DNA of 64,000 nt from Trueperaceae bacterium (GCA_965213705.1 OZ243913.1:1664001-1728000); one strand, 5' to 3'; numbered from the stretch's first letter, positions 29,974 to 39,680 are shown. The notes: generated by a model not told the origin, from the sequence alone. Program-made: numbers and translations.

Positions 29974-30654
29974 CTAACCCTTGACCGCGTAGCCGATGCC
30001 GCGCACGGTGCGAATCATTCCGTAGCCGCCCGCGTCGCGGAGTTTGCTGCGGATGTTGGCGATGTGCACGTCGACCACGTTGCTGGAAGGCGGCAAGTCC
30101 TCGCCCCAAACGTTTTGCTCTATTTCTTCGCGGCTGTAGACGCGGCCGGGTTGGTTGCAGAGGTAACTCAGCAAATCGAACTCTCTGGGGGACAAGCGCA
30201 CCTCGCCCTCCTCCCAAAAAATCTGGCGGCGCGTCGCGTCGATGCTGAGGTCGCCCACGCGCTGCACGGCCCCCAAACTGCGGCGGCGCAACTGCACGTT
30301 GATGCGCGCCAGCAACTCGTCGGCGTGGAACGGCTTGGCGAGGTAGTCGTCGGCACCGGCGTTCAGCAGGTCGACCTTTGTCGCCACGTCGTCTTTGGCG
30401 GTCAGGATGATGATGGGCGTTTCGGTCGTCTTGCGCACGCGCCGCGCGATTTCGGCGCCGTTCATGTCGGGCAGGCCGAGGTCCAAAACGACCAAGTCCG
30501 GGCTGCCCTCGCGCACCGCCGACAGGCCGCGCATCCCGGTGTCGCAGTGGGTCACGTCGAAACCTGCCTCTTCGAGTTCCAAGCGCAACAGGCGGCTGAT
30601 GTCGAGGTCGTCTTCGACGATGAGCACGTGTTTTTTGTCTTCCATAGTCATCAT
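29974..30654 (-). CDS. OmpR-family response regulator (DrRRA-like)
   Basis: VEDD, LDLGLP, KPFHADELLAR, QPGRVYSR, SNVVDVHIAN and RTVRGIGY. Confidence 0.95.
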   Translation of the reverse strand: MMTMEDKKHVLIVEDDLDISRLLRLELEEAGFDVTHCDTGMRGLSAVREGSPDLVVLDLGLPDMNGAEIARRVRKTTETPIIILTAKDDVATKVDLLNAGADDYLAKPFHADELLARINVQLRRRSLGAVQRVGDLSIDATRRQIFWEEGEVRLSPREFDLLSYLCNQPGRVYSREEIEQNVWGEDLPPSSNVVDVHIANIRSKLRDAGGYGMIRTVRGIGYAVKG

Positions 30655-31034
30655 TGGCCTTCTCCTTTGGGGTTTATCTCGAGGGTGATGCCACGTTCCT
30701 CCGCCAACCATTTCTTAAACGACAGTGGGCCGTCCAACTCTTCGAACTGCACCAAGATGTCGTCGCCTTGCGGGCTCAGGCGGGCTACCAGAGCCTGGTT
30801 GCCGAGCGCCTCGACGGTGGCTTGGGGTGAAGCGTCCGGCTGCAAGATGAGCAGGCGCACGTCGCCCTCGGCCGCGAAGTCGCCGGTCATGACGAGACGG
30901 TGGTCGCGAACCTGCGCGCTGGCGTAGACGGTGACCAAGTCCAGCGAGACCAGCTTGACCTCGGTGCCCGGTGCCATGTCCGGCAACCCGGCGACGGTCT
31001 GACTCACCAAAAACCAAAAAAGGAGGTCAATCAC
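30651..31034 (-). CDS. Hypothetical protein, first gene of the two-component operon
   Basis: 127-aa ORF with a hydrophobic N-terminus; its stop overlaps the regulator start (ATGA). Confidence 0.7.
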   Translation of the reverse strand: MIDLLFWFLVSQTVAGLPDMAPGTEVKLVSLDLVTVYASAQVRDHRLVMTGDFAAEGDVRLLILQPDASPQATVEALGNQALVARLSPQGDDILVQFEELDGPLSFKKWLAEERGITLEINPKGEGQ

Positions 31035-31239
31035 GGCTAAAAACCCTGTCGTAATTCATCATGAAGGCTATGGTAGCAACTTCACGCTTAAGAGGACGCT
31101 AAGCTAGATAAAGAAACGTTAATAGATGGTGAGAAAAAGGGCGGAAAAATGAAGACGCTCGCCGTCTCGGTTACGGCCTGTGGCCGGCCGAGTGAAGTAT
31201 CCCGTGTCCTCGCGGCGGCCTTGTCCGTCATGATGGACA

Positions 31240-32937
31240 GTGATGACAGCTCACCGCTGGCAAGCACCTGGCCTCGCTGCGCCGCTTTTCGCCCCACTCG
31301 CACGGGACACCTTTTGGCGAGTCCTGAGTTGGCTCGCGCTGAGCGCGCTGCTGAGCCCCGTCTCGGCGCAGCCCGGCGCGAGCGTTTACTACCAACAGTG
31401 TTTGCGCTTCGAGGCGTTGGGTGACCTGCAAACGGCGCGTCAAAGTTGTCTGAACGCCTTAGAGCTGAACGCGTCTTCGGTCGACACCAAGCTGGCCTTG
31501 GCCCGCGTCGAGCTGGCTTTGGGAAACGCGGCCGCAGCTGAAACTCACCTGAACGAGATTCTCGCGCAGACCCTGAGCGCCGAACCTCACGTGCTGCTCG
31601 CCGAAGCCGCCTTGGCCGAGGGCCGTACCGAAGCGGCGGCCGACTTTTTGAACGCGGCGCGCGAACGCCTGTCTCAAAACCCCAACAGCGCGTTGGAAGG
31701 CCGGTTTTACTTTGTAGAGGGAAAACTTGCCGCGGCGCGGGGCGACTACGGCGCCGCGCGCCGCGCTTACCAGAGCGCCAACGCCGCGGAGCCTCTCGAC
31801 CGGCGCTACCCGCTCGCCCTGGCGGAGCTGTTGTTTGAACTCGGCGACACGGCGGGAGCCAGGCGCGAACTCGAGACCTATCAAACGTTTTCGAGCAGCG
31901 CCCGCGACCCCCAAAACGCCAGCGCTCGCGACCCCGCCCTGCTGTCCTTGTTGGGCCGCGTCAAGTGGGCGCAGAGCGACCTGAGCGGGGCCGTCAGCGA
32001 CCTGGAGACGGCGGTGGCGCTGCGGGGTTCGGAGAACGCGGACGCCCAAGTCGAAGACCTGCGCGCGCTCGCGCTGGTTTATTACGGCCAAGGCGATGTG
32101 AGAGCCGGCGGTCTGGCGCTGCGGGCGGCGCTGCGCCGCGGGACGCTGTTGCTCGACGTGCTCAACCGCCTGTCGCTGTGGGCGTTTTTGCTGGTGGGTT
32201 TGCTGGCTTTGCACCTGCTGGGCGAAAGCCGCGTTGTAAAGTCCACCCTCCCACCCGACCCCGACCCGCCCAAAACGTGGACACTGACCCAGGTTTACGC
32301 CGTCCTGGGTGTCGCACTCGTCCTCTCCCTGAGCGTTGCGTTTGTCTACGGGGTGTTGCGCTACGAGAACTACCTGGCTTTTTTGACGCCGTTGCAGTCG
32401 GGCGACCTGCGCGCGCTCTTTTTTGCCTGTTTCGGGGCGTTTCTTTTCCTGTTCACCGTTTTGCGCACGGTTCGAAACGGTTTGGACCCCGTCGCGACGC
32501 TGCTGGGCGACGCTGACAAAGTTGCCACGGGCGCGTTTATCGGCCTCGGTTTGGTGGTTGTCACACTTTTGTACTTGGGTTACTCCAAAGACTTTTTGGG
32601 TAAGGGCGTTTTCTACCTGGACTTTTCACGGTTGACCCCGACGTTGGTCGCGGCGGCGGTACTGGTGCCGCTGAGCGAGGTTTTTTTCAGGGCTTTTGCG
32701 CAGCCGCCTCTGCAGAAGCGTTACCCCCGGCACTACGGCGTGCTTGTTTCGGGCACACTTTTTGCCCTGGTGTTCGCGTCCCCGGCGCTGCTGCTGCTGG
32801 CTATCGGCTTTGCCTTGGCCGCTTTTTTCCACCGCACCGGTAGCGGTTTGGCTCCCCTGGTGGCGAGTTTGGTTTTTCACCTGGGCTTGGTCGTCGGCGT
32901 CGCTTTGCTGCCTTGGGTACGCCAACTCTTCGTCTGA
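31240..32937 (+). CDS. TPR-repeat protein with C-terminal multi-TM CPBP(Abi/CAAX)-like domain
   Basis: Signal-like N-terminus, several TPR helices, many TM segments, degenerate CPBP motifs (PLSEVFFR; RTGSGLAPLVASLVFH). Confidence 0.75.
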   Translation: MMTAHRWQAPGLAAPLFAPLARDTFWRVLSWLALSALLSPVSAQPGASVYYQQCLRFEALGDLQTARQSCLNALELNASSVDTKLALARVELALGNAAAAETHLNEILAQTLSAEPHVLLAEAALAEGRTEAAADFLNAARERLSQNPNSALEGRFYFVEGKLAAARGDYGAARRAYQSANAAEPLDRRYPLALAELLFELGDTAGARRELETYQTFSSSARDPQNASARDPALLSLLGRVKWAQSDLSGAVSDLETAVALRGSENADAQVEDLRALALVYYGQGDVRAGGLALRAALRRGTLLLDVLNRLSLWAFLLVGLLALHLLGESRVVKSTLPPDPDPPKTWTLTQVYAVLGVALVLSLSVAFVYGVLRYENYLAFLTPLQSGDLRALFFACFGAFLFLFTVLRTVRNGLDPVATLLGDADKVATGAFIGLGLVVVTLLYLGYSKDFLGKGVFYLDFSRLTPTLVAAAVLVPLSEVFFRAFAQPPLQKRYPRHYGVLVSGTLFALVFASPALLLLAIGFALAAFFHRTGSGLAPLVASLVFHLGLVVGVALLPWVRQLFV

Positions 32938-33255
32938 GGGGTCCGTGGCCTCCGGTCTCGAGCCGGCAGCGGCAAACGCAAGACTTTTCACCCTACCTGG
33001 GTTTGGGCATACCTTGCCTTTGACTGCACTCAGCCCTCGCCCCTCAGTTCTTGCTACCCGGCCGTTCTGAGGTGGGGTCGGGGGCGAGCAACTCGCTTTG
33101 GTACTTCACTAGAGGTCTCGCAACCTGCTCGCGCCTGCGCCCATGTGCGGTTTTGAGTTACACTGTTCGTGCAAACCACAGCTCGAGTGCTGACAGTTCC
33201 CTGACAGGGTTTCGTCACACTGCAGCTTGGGTGCACAATTCTAACGGGAGGTAAC

Positions 33256-34551
33256 ATGAAACGTTTACTTGGAGTCTTGAGCGTGCTGACAGTGCTGAGC
33301 ATCGGCGCGGCGCAGACCAACATCGAGTTCTGGTACGCCTTTTCCGACGAGGCACGGAGCGGCTGGATTCAGGACCGCATCAGCGAGTTCAACGAGCAGC
33401 TCGGCTCGGACTCGCCCTATCAGGTGACTGGCGAGCGCAAGGGCAGCTACCGCGAAACCCTCGACGCCGCCGTGTTGGCCGCGCGTCAGGGCACGCCGCC
33501 GCACCTGGTCCAGCTGTTCGAGGTGGGCAGTCAGTTGGCCGTGGACACCGGCATTTTCGAGCCTATCGGCAACGTCGGCGGCGGCATCGACTTAGGCGAC
33601 TACATAGAGCCGGTCATCAACTACTACACCATCGACGGCGCGGTCAACTCGATTCCCTTCAACAGCTCGAGCCCGATTCTCTACGCCAACCTAGACCTCA
33701 TGGCCGAGGCGGGCGTCGAGAGCATACCGACCACCTACAGCGAAGTGCTAAGCGCTTGCGAGAAAGTAGCCGCGGCAGGCTTGGAGGCTAAGTGCATCGG
33801 CTTCAACCTGCACAGCTGGTTTTTCGAGCAGTGGGTGGCCGAGCAGGGCGCACCGCTGGTCAACAACGACAACGGGCGCTCGGGGCGCGCCACCGAAGTC
33901 CTGTTGACGAGCGACGCCGCCAAAAACGTCGTCAACTGGATTAAAGAACTCAACGACAACGGCTACTACACCTACACGGGCACCTTCGAGGACTGGGACG
34001 GCTCCCAAGCCATCTTTAACAACCAGCAAGCTGTGTTTCACATCACCTCGACCGCCGACCTAGGCAACACCACGACGGCTGCCAACGAGGCGGGGTTTGA
34101 ATTGGGCGCGGGCTTGCTGCCCATCGCCGACGACGTGGAGCGCAACGGCGTGGTCATCGGCGGGGCGAGCATTTGGCTTACCACGGGGCATCCGGAAGAA
34201 GAGTTGGAAGTCGCCAAAGACTTCGCCCTGTACATGACGAATCCTGAGAACATGGTGTCCTGGCACAAAATCACCGGCTATTACCCAGTCCGCAACAGCT
34301 CGGTCGAAGCCCTTGAAAGTGACGGCTGGTTCACCGAAAACCCGAACTACACCGTCGCCTTCGACCAACTGCTCGAGACCACGCCCAACACCGCCACGGC
34401 GGGCGCGCTCATGGGCAGCTTTTTGGAAACGCGCACCATCATCGAAGAAGCCATCCAAAAAGTGCTGAACGGTGCCAGCGTGGACGAATCCTTAACCGAG
34501 GCCAAGCGGCTTGCGGACGCCGCCCTGGAAGACTACAATAGCAACTTCTAA
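33256..34551 (+). CDS. CUT1 ABC substrate-binding protein, UgpB (glycerol-3-phosphate)-like
   Basis: Signal peptide, PHLVQLFEVG, SIPFNSSSPILY, VIGGASIW and WHKITGYYP; RBS GGGAGG. Confidence 0.85.
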   Translation: MKRLLGVLSVLTVLSIGAAQTNIEFWYAFSDEARSGWIQDRISEFNEQLGSDSPYQVTGERKGSYRETLDAAVLAARQGTPPHLVQLFEVGSQLAVDTGIFEPIGNVGGGIDLGDYIEPVINYYTIDGAVNSIPFNSSSPILYANLDLMAEAGVESIPTTYSEVLSACEKVAAAGLEAKCIGFNLHSWFFEQWVAEQGAPLVNNDNGRSGRATEVLLTSDAAKNVVNWIKELNDNGYYTYTGTFEDWDGSQAIFNNQQAVFHITSTADLGNTTTAANEAGFELGAGLLPIADDVERNGVVIGGASIWLTTGHPEEELEVAKDFALYMTNPENMVSWHKITGYYPVRNSSVEALESDGWFTENPNYTVAFDQLLETTPNTATAGALMGSFLETRTIIEEAIQKVLNGASVDESLTEAKRLADAALEDYNSNF

Positions 34552-34569
34552 ATAGCGGCTGTGACAGAT

Positions 34570-34598
34570 GAGGGCGGGCTTTCTCCCGTCCTCTTTTT
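34570..34598 (+). terminator. Intrinsic terminator or stabilising hairpin after the binding-protein gene
   Basis: GAGGGCGGG-CTTTCT-CCCGTCCTC followed by a T run. Confidence 0.65.
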
Positions 34599-34656
34599 AA
34601 GTCTGAAGGTTTGTCTACTCGAGGCCGTGATTGCAGTAAACCCACAAAGAGGCCAA

Positions 34657-34770
34657 GCCGCGCTTCATTGTGAGCGCAACGCAGTGAAGCGCGGCAATCT
34701 CGAGCCTTGACGGTCTTCAGCCGTGGTCATCGTGTGAGGTTGGCTCAATGGTTTCGCTCCTCGCAACGAC
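34657..34770. repeat. REP-like palindromic intergenic element
   Basis: Hairpin GCCGCGCTTCATTG-N11-CAGTGAAGCGCGGC; ends resemble a TCATTGxGAG...GCAATCT / TTTCGCTCCTCGCAACGAC repeat type. Confidence 0.55.
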
Positions 34771-34858
34771 AAAGGTACATAAAAGCTGCCTTCTCAGTTG
34801 CTTTGTGTGGCAAAAGTGTCTCGAGGGCGTCCAACCAAGGAACAGGTATGATTTAACG

Positions 34859-35785
34859 ATGCAAGACCACGCCGTTTTCAAAAGCCGCCTTTTCCCCTGG
34901 TTGCTGCTGCTGCCGTCGCTGCTCATCTTGGCTGTTTTTATTTATTTTCCGGCGGTTCAAGCCTTTATTTTAAGTTTTTACCGAAGCAATTTGCGACTTG
35001 GTACGCGTAAGTTTATCGGCTTCGAGAACTTTACCGACCTCTTTGTCGGCCCTTTCTCAGGCGCTTACAAACAGATTATGGTGCAGTCGCTGCTTTTCAG
35101 CCTCTGCGTGGTCGTCATCGGTTTGTCGCTGAGTGTGGTATTAGCGACATTTGCAAGTCAAAAGGTGCGGGGCGCGCGCGTGTACCGCCTGTTCCTCATC
35201 TGGCCCTTCGCGCTGTCGCCCGCGGTGGCGGCAACGATTTTTCTGTTCCTGTTCAACCCACAAGTCGGTGGGGTCAACCTCATCCTGAACGAGCTGTTCG
35301 GCATCAAACCGAGGTGGCTGGATACGGCTTGGCTGACATTCCTGCTCGTGGTGCTGGCGGCGGTCTGGAAAAACTTGGGCTACAACATCGTTTTCTACTT
35401 AGCCGCTTTGCAGAACATCCCCAAAGAGTACGACGAGGCCGCCGCCATCGACGGAGCCGGACCCGTATCACGTTTTTTCCGCATCACCTTACCGATGCTC
35501 AGTCCGATGACGTTTTTTTTGGTCTTTACCAACCTCACCTTCAGCTTTTTCGACGCCTTTGGCATTATCGACATCATGACGCGGGGCGGACCCGTCGGCC
35601 CCGACCCCATCGACAACGCGGGCGTCACGACCATCATGATGTACCGGGTGTTTCAGGAGGGGATTCAACAGGGTAAAAGCGGCTTCGCGGCGGCGTTCAG
35701 CATCTTTATTTTGATGATTGTTGCGATTATCACGCTTCTGCAGTTTCGTTACGGCTCCCGCAACGTCCAGTACGGAGATAACTGA
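34859..35785 (+). CDS. Carbohydrate ABC permease (UgpA-like)
   Basis: WKNLGYN and EAAAIDGA EAA loop; start ATG 34859. Confidence 0.9.
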   Translation: MQDHAVFKSRLFPWLLLLPSLLILAVFIYFPAVQAFILSFYRSNLRLGTRKFIGFENFTDLFVGPFSGAYKQIMVQSLLFSLCVVVIGLSLSVVLATFASQKVRGARVYRLFLIWPFALSPAVAATIFLFLFNPQVGGVNLILNELFGIKPRWLDTAWLTFLLVVLAAVWKNLGYNIVFYLAALQNIPKEYDEAAAIDGAGPVSRFFRITLPMLSPMTFFLVFTNLTFSFFDAFGIIDIMTRGGPVGPDPIDNAGVTTIMMYRVFQEGIQQGKSGFAAAFSIFILMIVAIITLLQFRYGSRNVQYGDN

Positions 35786-36678
35786 TGCGCAACCGCCACG
35801 CCTGGCTGGTCCACCTCGTCCTCATCATCGGCTGCGTCATCGTCATGTTTCCGATTGTTTTTGCCGTTATCAAGGCGACGCAGACACGCTCGGCGGTGCT
35901 GAGCCCGAGCCTCGTGCCGGGGCCTGAGTTTTTGAACAACCTGCGCGCCGTGTGGATAGACGCGAACCTGTGGATGTTCATGCGCAACTCGTTCGTCGTG
36001 GCGATTGCGGTGACGGTGGGGAAGACCATCCTGTCGCTGTTCGCGGGCATGGCGCTGGTGTTTTTCCGCTTTCCGTTTAAGCGCTTCGTGTTCGGCTTCA
36101 TCCTGCTCACCCTGATGATGCCGACCGAGGTGCTGCTCATCCCGCTGTTCGACCTCGTCTCGCAGCAACCGCCGCAGTCGTGGGCGGCATTTTGGGAATG
36201 GTTTCAAAATCCGCGGCAGGTCTTGCTCGAGCCCAACCCCTTCGGCCTCGGCTGGGCGAACACGTATTGGGCCATCATCGTGCCGTTTTTGGCCTCGGCG
36301 ACGGGGACGTTTTTGTTTCGACAGCACTTTATGGCGATTCCGCAAAGCCTCGCCGACGCCGCCCGAATAGACGGTGCGTCGGCTATGCGCTTTCTCACCA
36401 GCATCCTCATCCCGATGAGCTGGAACACCATCGGCGCGCTCGCGGTGATTCAGTTCGTGTACGTGTGGGACCAGTACCTGTGGCCCAAAGTCATCATCCG
36501 TCGCGAGGAGTTGCAGGTCGTGCAGGTCGGGCTCAACCTCATCATCGGCACAGGGGAGGGGACACAGTGGGGTTACGTGATGGCGGGCGCGCTGCTGACG
36601 CTGCTGCCGCCGATTATCGTGTTTGCGCTGCTGCAGGAGCAGTTCATGCGGGGGTTTGCGCTGTCGGAGAGCAAGTAG
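35785..36678 (+). CDS. Carbohydrate ABC permease (UgpE-like)
   Basis: TLMMPTEV, SATGTFLFRQHF and DAARIDGA. Confidence 0.9.
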   Translation: MRNRHAWLVHLVLIIGCVIVMFPIVFAVIKATQTRSAVLSPSLVPGPEFLNNLRAVWIDANLWMFMRNSFVVAIAVTVGKTILSLFAGMALVFFRFPFKRFVFGFILLTLMMPTEVLLIPLFDLVSQQPPQSWAAFWEWFQNPRQVLLEPNPFGLGWANTYWAIIVPFLASATGTFLFRQHFMAIPQSLADAARIDGASAMRFLTSILIPMSWNTIGALAVIQFVYVWDQYLWPKVIIRREELQVVQVGLNLIIGTGEGTQWGYVMAGALLTLLPPIIVFALLQEQFMRGFALSESK

Positions 36679-36700
36679 AACTCACATTTACACAGTTTGC

Positions 36701-37146
36701 CTAATCACGCTCGAGATTTTCTAAGTCGAGTAAGTCTTGCGGCCTTCCGGCTGCTTGCTTGGCCTTGATAAGGTCACCCTTAGAAATGAAGTGCATTTCT
36801 GTTTCGGACACTTGAAGAGTCTCACGGTTCTTCCAAACCTCGGAAAAGCTTACACCTGGAATCGACATGAGCACATCGACACGTAGAGGCGGACTTCCCA
36901 TCTTGTAGAAATAACCTTCTTGGGCGAAGTCTTCTGGCGAGAGATTATGGAGCGGTGCGCCGAACTCTGCAAGTGCTGCGTAAACGGCTCGAGCGTTGTC
37001 GTCGTCAACCGCGATAAGCACTTGAGGTTTTTTGTAAATCTCGGCTCGGTGTAGCGCATCACCGCGTAGCCGCCGACAATCATATAACGAACCTCATATT
37101 TTTTGAAAAGACTCAACAGTTCTTTGAAGTCTGGGCTCGTCAGCAT
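36701..37146 (-). pseudogene. Nucleotidyltransferase family protein, frameshifted
   Basis: N-part IVGGYAV...PRFTK (36850..37146) and C-part ending DLIKAKQAAGRPQDLLDLE (36701..37021) are in different frames; the break is near the A6 run at 37028-37033; the expected DxD reads NLK. Confidence 0.8.
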
Positions 37147-37285
37147 AACCTTCCTTTATCAGCAGATAATCTTTAACCAAGTCGAAGGCCGCCTCAAACA
37201 GAACTTCGGGGGTTTGGCTTTGCCAGAAGACCAAATCGAAATCGTCGTCTTCTCCCAATTTGCTGTAGCTTTCTTGAATTGCCAT
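37094..37285 (-). CDS. Small protein partner of the nucleotidyltransferase
   Basis: 63 aa (DFDLVFWQSQTPE...EPRLQRTV); overlaps the downstream gene; TAAAAT lies 5 nt before the ATG. Confidence 0.7.
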   Translation of the reverse strand: MAIQESYSKLGEDDDFDLVFWQSQTPEVLFEAAFDLVKDYLLIKEGYADEPRLQRTVESFQKI

Positions 37286-37319
37286 AAGCTATTTTAAGCC
37301 CTTTGTTCTCCTGCCATTG

Positions 37320-37754
37320 TCAGACCTTAAGTTCTCCGCTCAACCACCAATCCAGATAAATTTGTAAAGATGGCGCAGCCCAAGTGCGGCTATCATTCTC
37401 GTGATTCCACACAAAAATATCAGAGCGACGAATTTCTCCATCAAGAATCGTAAAAGCGAACTGGTCGCCGTTACCCGCATCCGCGAAGAACAAGAGCGGG
37501 TCGAATGGCATATACAAATCTCTGAAAACCGGCGTTTGCCGAAACTCGAGGTTATCTTTCACGATGCGCTCGATAGGCCAGATTAGGCCAAGTTCGTATT
37601 CCCCGTGGACACCGTTAGACTCTCTCAACAGAGCCTTGAGTTCAGCCGGCAGAACTACTGCCAAAGAGTGTTCCGCTTTGATAATGTCGGCGGGTGTGGC
37701 AGGTGGATAAAACTCACATTCGGTTGTTAATTTCTGAAGTTGCTCTTTCCACAT
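37320..37754 (-). CDS. SMI1/KNR4 (SUKH) family immunity protein
   Basis: PPATPADIIKAEHSLAVVLPAELKALLRESNG, FADAGNGDQF, IFVWNHE and APSLQIYL. Confidence 0.88.
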   Translation of the reverse strand: MWKEQLQKLTTECEFYPPATPADIIKAEHSLAVVLPAELKALLRESNGVHGEYELGLIWPIERIVKDNLEFRQTPVFRDLYMPFDPLLFFADAGNGDQFAFTILDGEIRRSDIFVWNHENDSRTWAAPSLQIYLDWWLSGELKV

Positions 37755-37957
37755 ACTTTCTAGCTTATTGCATTAGCAACGCCGCGCACAGCAACAGAAC
37801 TATGATTATCCCGCAGAAGCAGAAGGCATCCCGTCCCCAAAATTGAACGAAGTAACCCTCGTAAGTGTCTTGCGAGAACCTAAGTGTCACTGCATATTTT
37901 TCGAAAGCAACGCCCCTTTTTCCGAAGTCAGAACGTTGTTTGACTAAGCGCTCAGTT

Positions 37958-38794
37958 TCAAACCCCCAACCCACTCCCCAACACCTCATCCCTAATCAAC
38001 CTCTCAGTTAACACCAGCAGCACCAAGCCGGGCAGCGACACGAGCAGCGCCAAGCCCGCCGCCACCGGGTCCAGACCGCCGCCGCCCGCGAGTTTGGAGA
38101 ACAGCAGCGTCGGCAGGGTTTGCAAACTCCCCCGTGACACGAAAAAGGTCAGCAAAAACAGGTTCGACGACACCAAAAAGGTGAATAGCCCGCCCGCGAG
38201 GATGCCCGGCGCGACGAGCGGCAGGGTGACGTGCCAAAAGGTTTGCAGCGGCCCCGCGCCCAGGGTACGCGCCTGCGCCTCGTAACTGGTGTCCAGGTTT
38301 TGAAATACCGCCGTGAGTATTCGGGTCATGTAAGGAATCGTCGGGATGAGGTGGGCGATGACCACGCCGACAAAACCTCCCGCCAAACCCAAACGCAAAA
38401 AGATGACGAGGATGCCCAAGCCCACCGCGATTTCGGGGACGACCAGCGGTGTGAGGAGGAAGAACTCGAGCCCCGCCTTGCCCCGAAACTCTCTGGTCGC
38501 CAGGGCTCGAGCGGCCGGCAAGCAGATGAGGGCGCACAAAAACGTCACGGCCAGCGCGATGAGTACCGTGTTGCGCAGCGCGGGCAGAGCGCCGGAAGCG
38601 CTCGAGAAGATGAAGTCCCACCCCACCGGCACCCGTGCCGACCCCCACGCCGCCCACCACCACACGCTCGGCAGCAAGTCGGGCCAGGCCCAGCGAAAGG
38701 CGAGCGACGCAGTGATAAGCAAAACGAACGGCCCGGCGAACGCGACGACGGCGCAGGTCAGGTAGAGTTTGGCAAATGGAGAAGGTGATTTCAC
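37958..38794 (-). CDS. ABC transporter permease (PotC/YnjC-like)
   Basis: EAQARTLGA EAA loop and TM segments; true start GTG 38794. Confidence 0.88.
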   Translation of the reverse strand: MKSPSPFAKLYLTCAVVAFAGPFVLLITASLAFRWAWPDLLPSVWWWAAWGSARVPVGWDFIFSSASGALPALRNTVLIALAVTFLCALICLPAARALATREFRGKAGLEFFLLTPLVVPEIAVGLGILVIFLRLGLAGGFVGVVIAHLIPTIPYMTRILTAVFQNLDTSYEAQARTLGAGPLQTFWHVTLPLVAPGILAGGLFTFLVSSNLFLLTFFVSRGSLQTLPTLLFSKLAGGGGLDPVAAGLALLVSLPGLVLLVLTERLIRDEVLGSGLGV

Positions 38795-39666
38795 ACCCGC
38801 CCCCGCCCGCGCTCGAAGCGGCGGTAGAGGACGAGGTAGGCGACCAGCAAGAGGCTCGAGAGCCCCGTGATGACCATGACGATTGCCATCGCCTGCAAGC
38901 GCCGCAACGGGTCCGCGTCGCTGAACGCCCGCCACGCCTCGACCGGCAACGTGCTGGGAAAGCCGCCGCCCAAAATAAACGGCACCTCGAACGAGCCGAA
39001 GTTGAACGCGAAGACGATGAGGCTCGCCGCGACGATGCCGGGCGCGAGCCGCGGCAGGGTCACAAACCAAAACACCCGGCGCGCGTTCGCGCCCAGGGTG
39101 CGCGCCGCGGCCTCCAGGTCCGCGTCCAAACCGACAAGCGTCGAATAGATGACGAGGGTCGCGAACGGCACTTGCTTCCACAGGTACACGAGCATAATGC
39201 CGATGCCCGCGTGCGAGTTGAGCAGTCGCGGAAAATCCCTCGTCGTTTCGACAAGTCCGAGCGTGTGCAAGACACGCGCCACTAGCCCGCCGTTCGACCA
39301 CAGCAGCACGGTCAGCGCGACGCCGACGAGGTAAGGCACCATCAGCGGGAGTTTGTAGAGGAAGCCGACCCACGCCCGCCCCCGAAAACGGCGGTGGAGG
39401 AGCTGCGCCAGATAGACGCTCAACACGGTGCCGACGACGGTCGGTAGAAGCGCGTAGTAAAAGGTATAACCGAGCGAGCGCCAAAAGCCCGGCGTCGCGA
39501 ATAGAACGCGGTAGTGCTGAAGCGTGAATTCGCGCACGCCGTACCACGGTGCCCAGCCGAAACTCTGCAACAGCGCCGTTACGAACGCGCCGACGTAGAG
39601 TGCGCCCAGCACCGTCACCACGGGCGCGAGCATGAGGAGGGTGGTGACGCTGCGACCGGGGCGCAT
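38791..39666 (-). CDS. ABC transporter permease (PotB/YnjC-like)
   Basis: WKQVPF and EAAARTLGA. Confidence 0.9.
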   Translation of the reverse strand: MRPGRSVTTLLMLAPVVTVLGALYVGAFVTALLQSFGWAPWYGVREFTLQHYRVLFATPGFWRSLGYTFYYALLPTVVGTVLSVYLAQLLHRRFRGRAWVGFLYKLPLMVPYLVGVALTVLLWSNGGLVARVLHTLGLVETTRDFPRLLNSHAGIGIMLVYLWKQVPFATLVIYSTLVGLDADLEAAARTLGANARRVFWFVTLPRLAPGIVAASLIVFAFNFGSFEVPFILGGGFPSTLPVEAWRAFSDADPLRRLQAMAIVMVITGLSSLLLVAYLVLYRRFERGRGRV

Positions 39667-39680
39667 CGTTTAAGCCGCGC

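Noticed and set aside
37021..37035. Programmed -1 frameshift at A-AAA-AAC
   Set aside because: The shifted product reads TKKPQV and lacks the catalytic DxD, so decay is the simpler explanation.
37765..37957. Toxin remnant upstream of SMI1/KNR4
   Set aside because: The minus-strand translations I checked show no recognisable nuclease or toxin motif.
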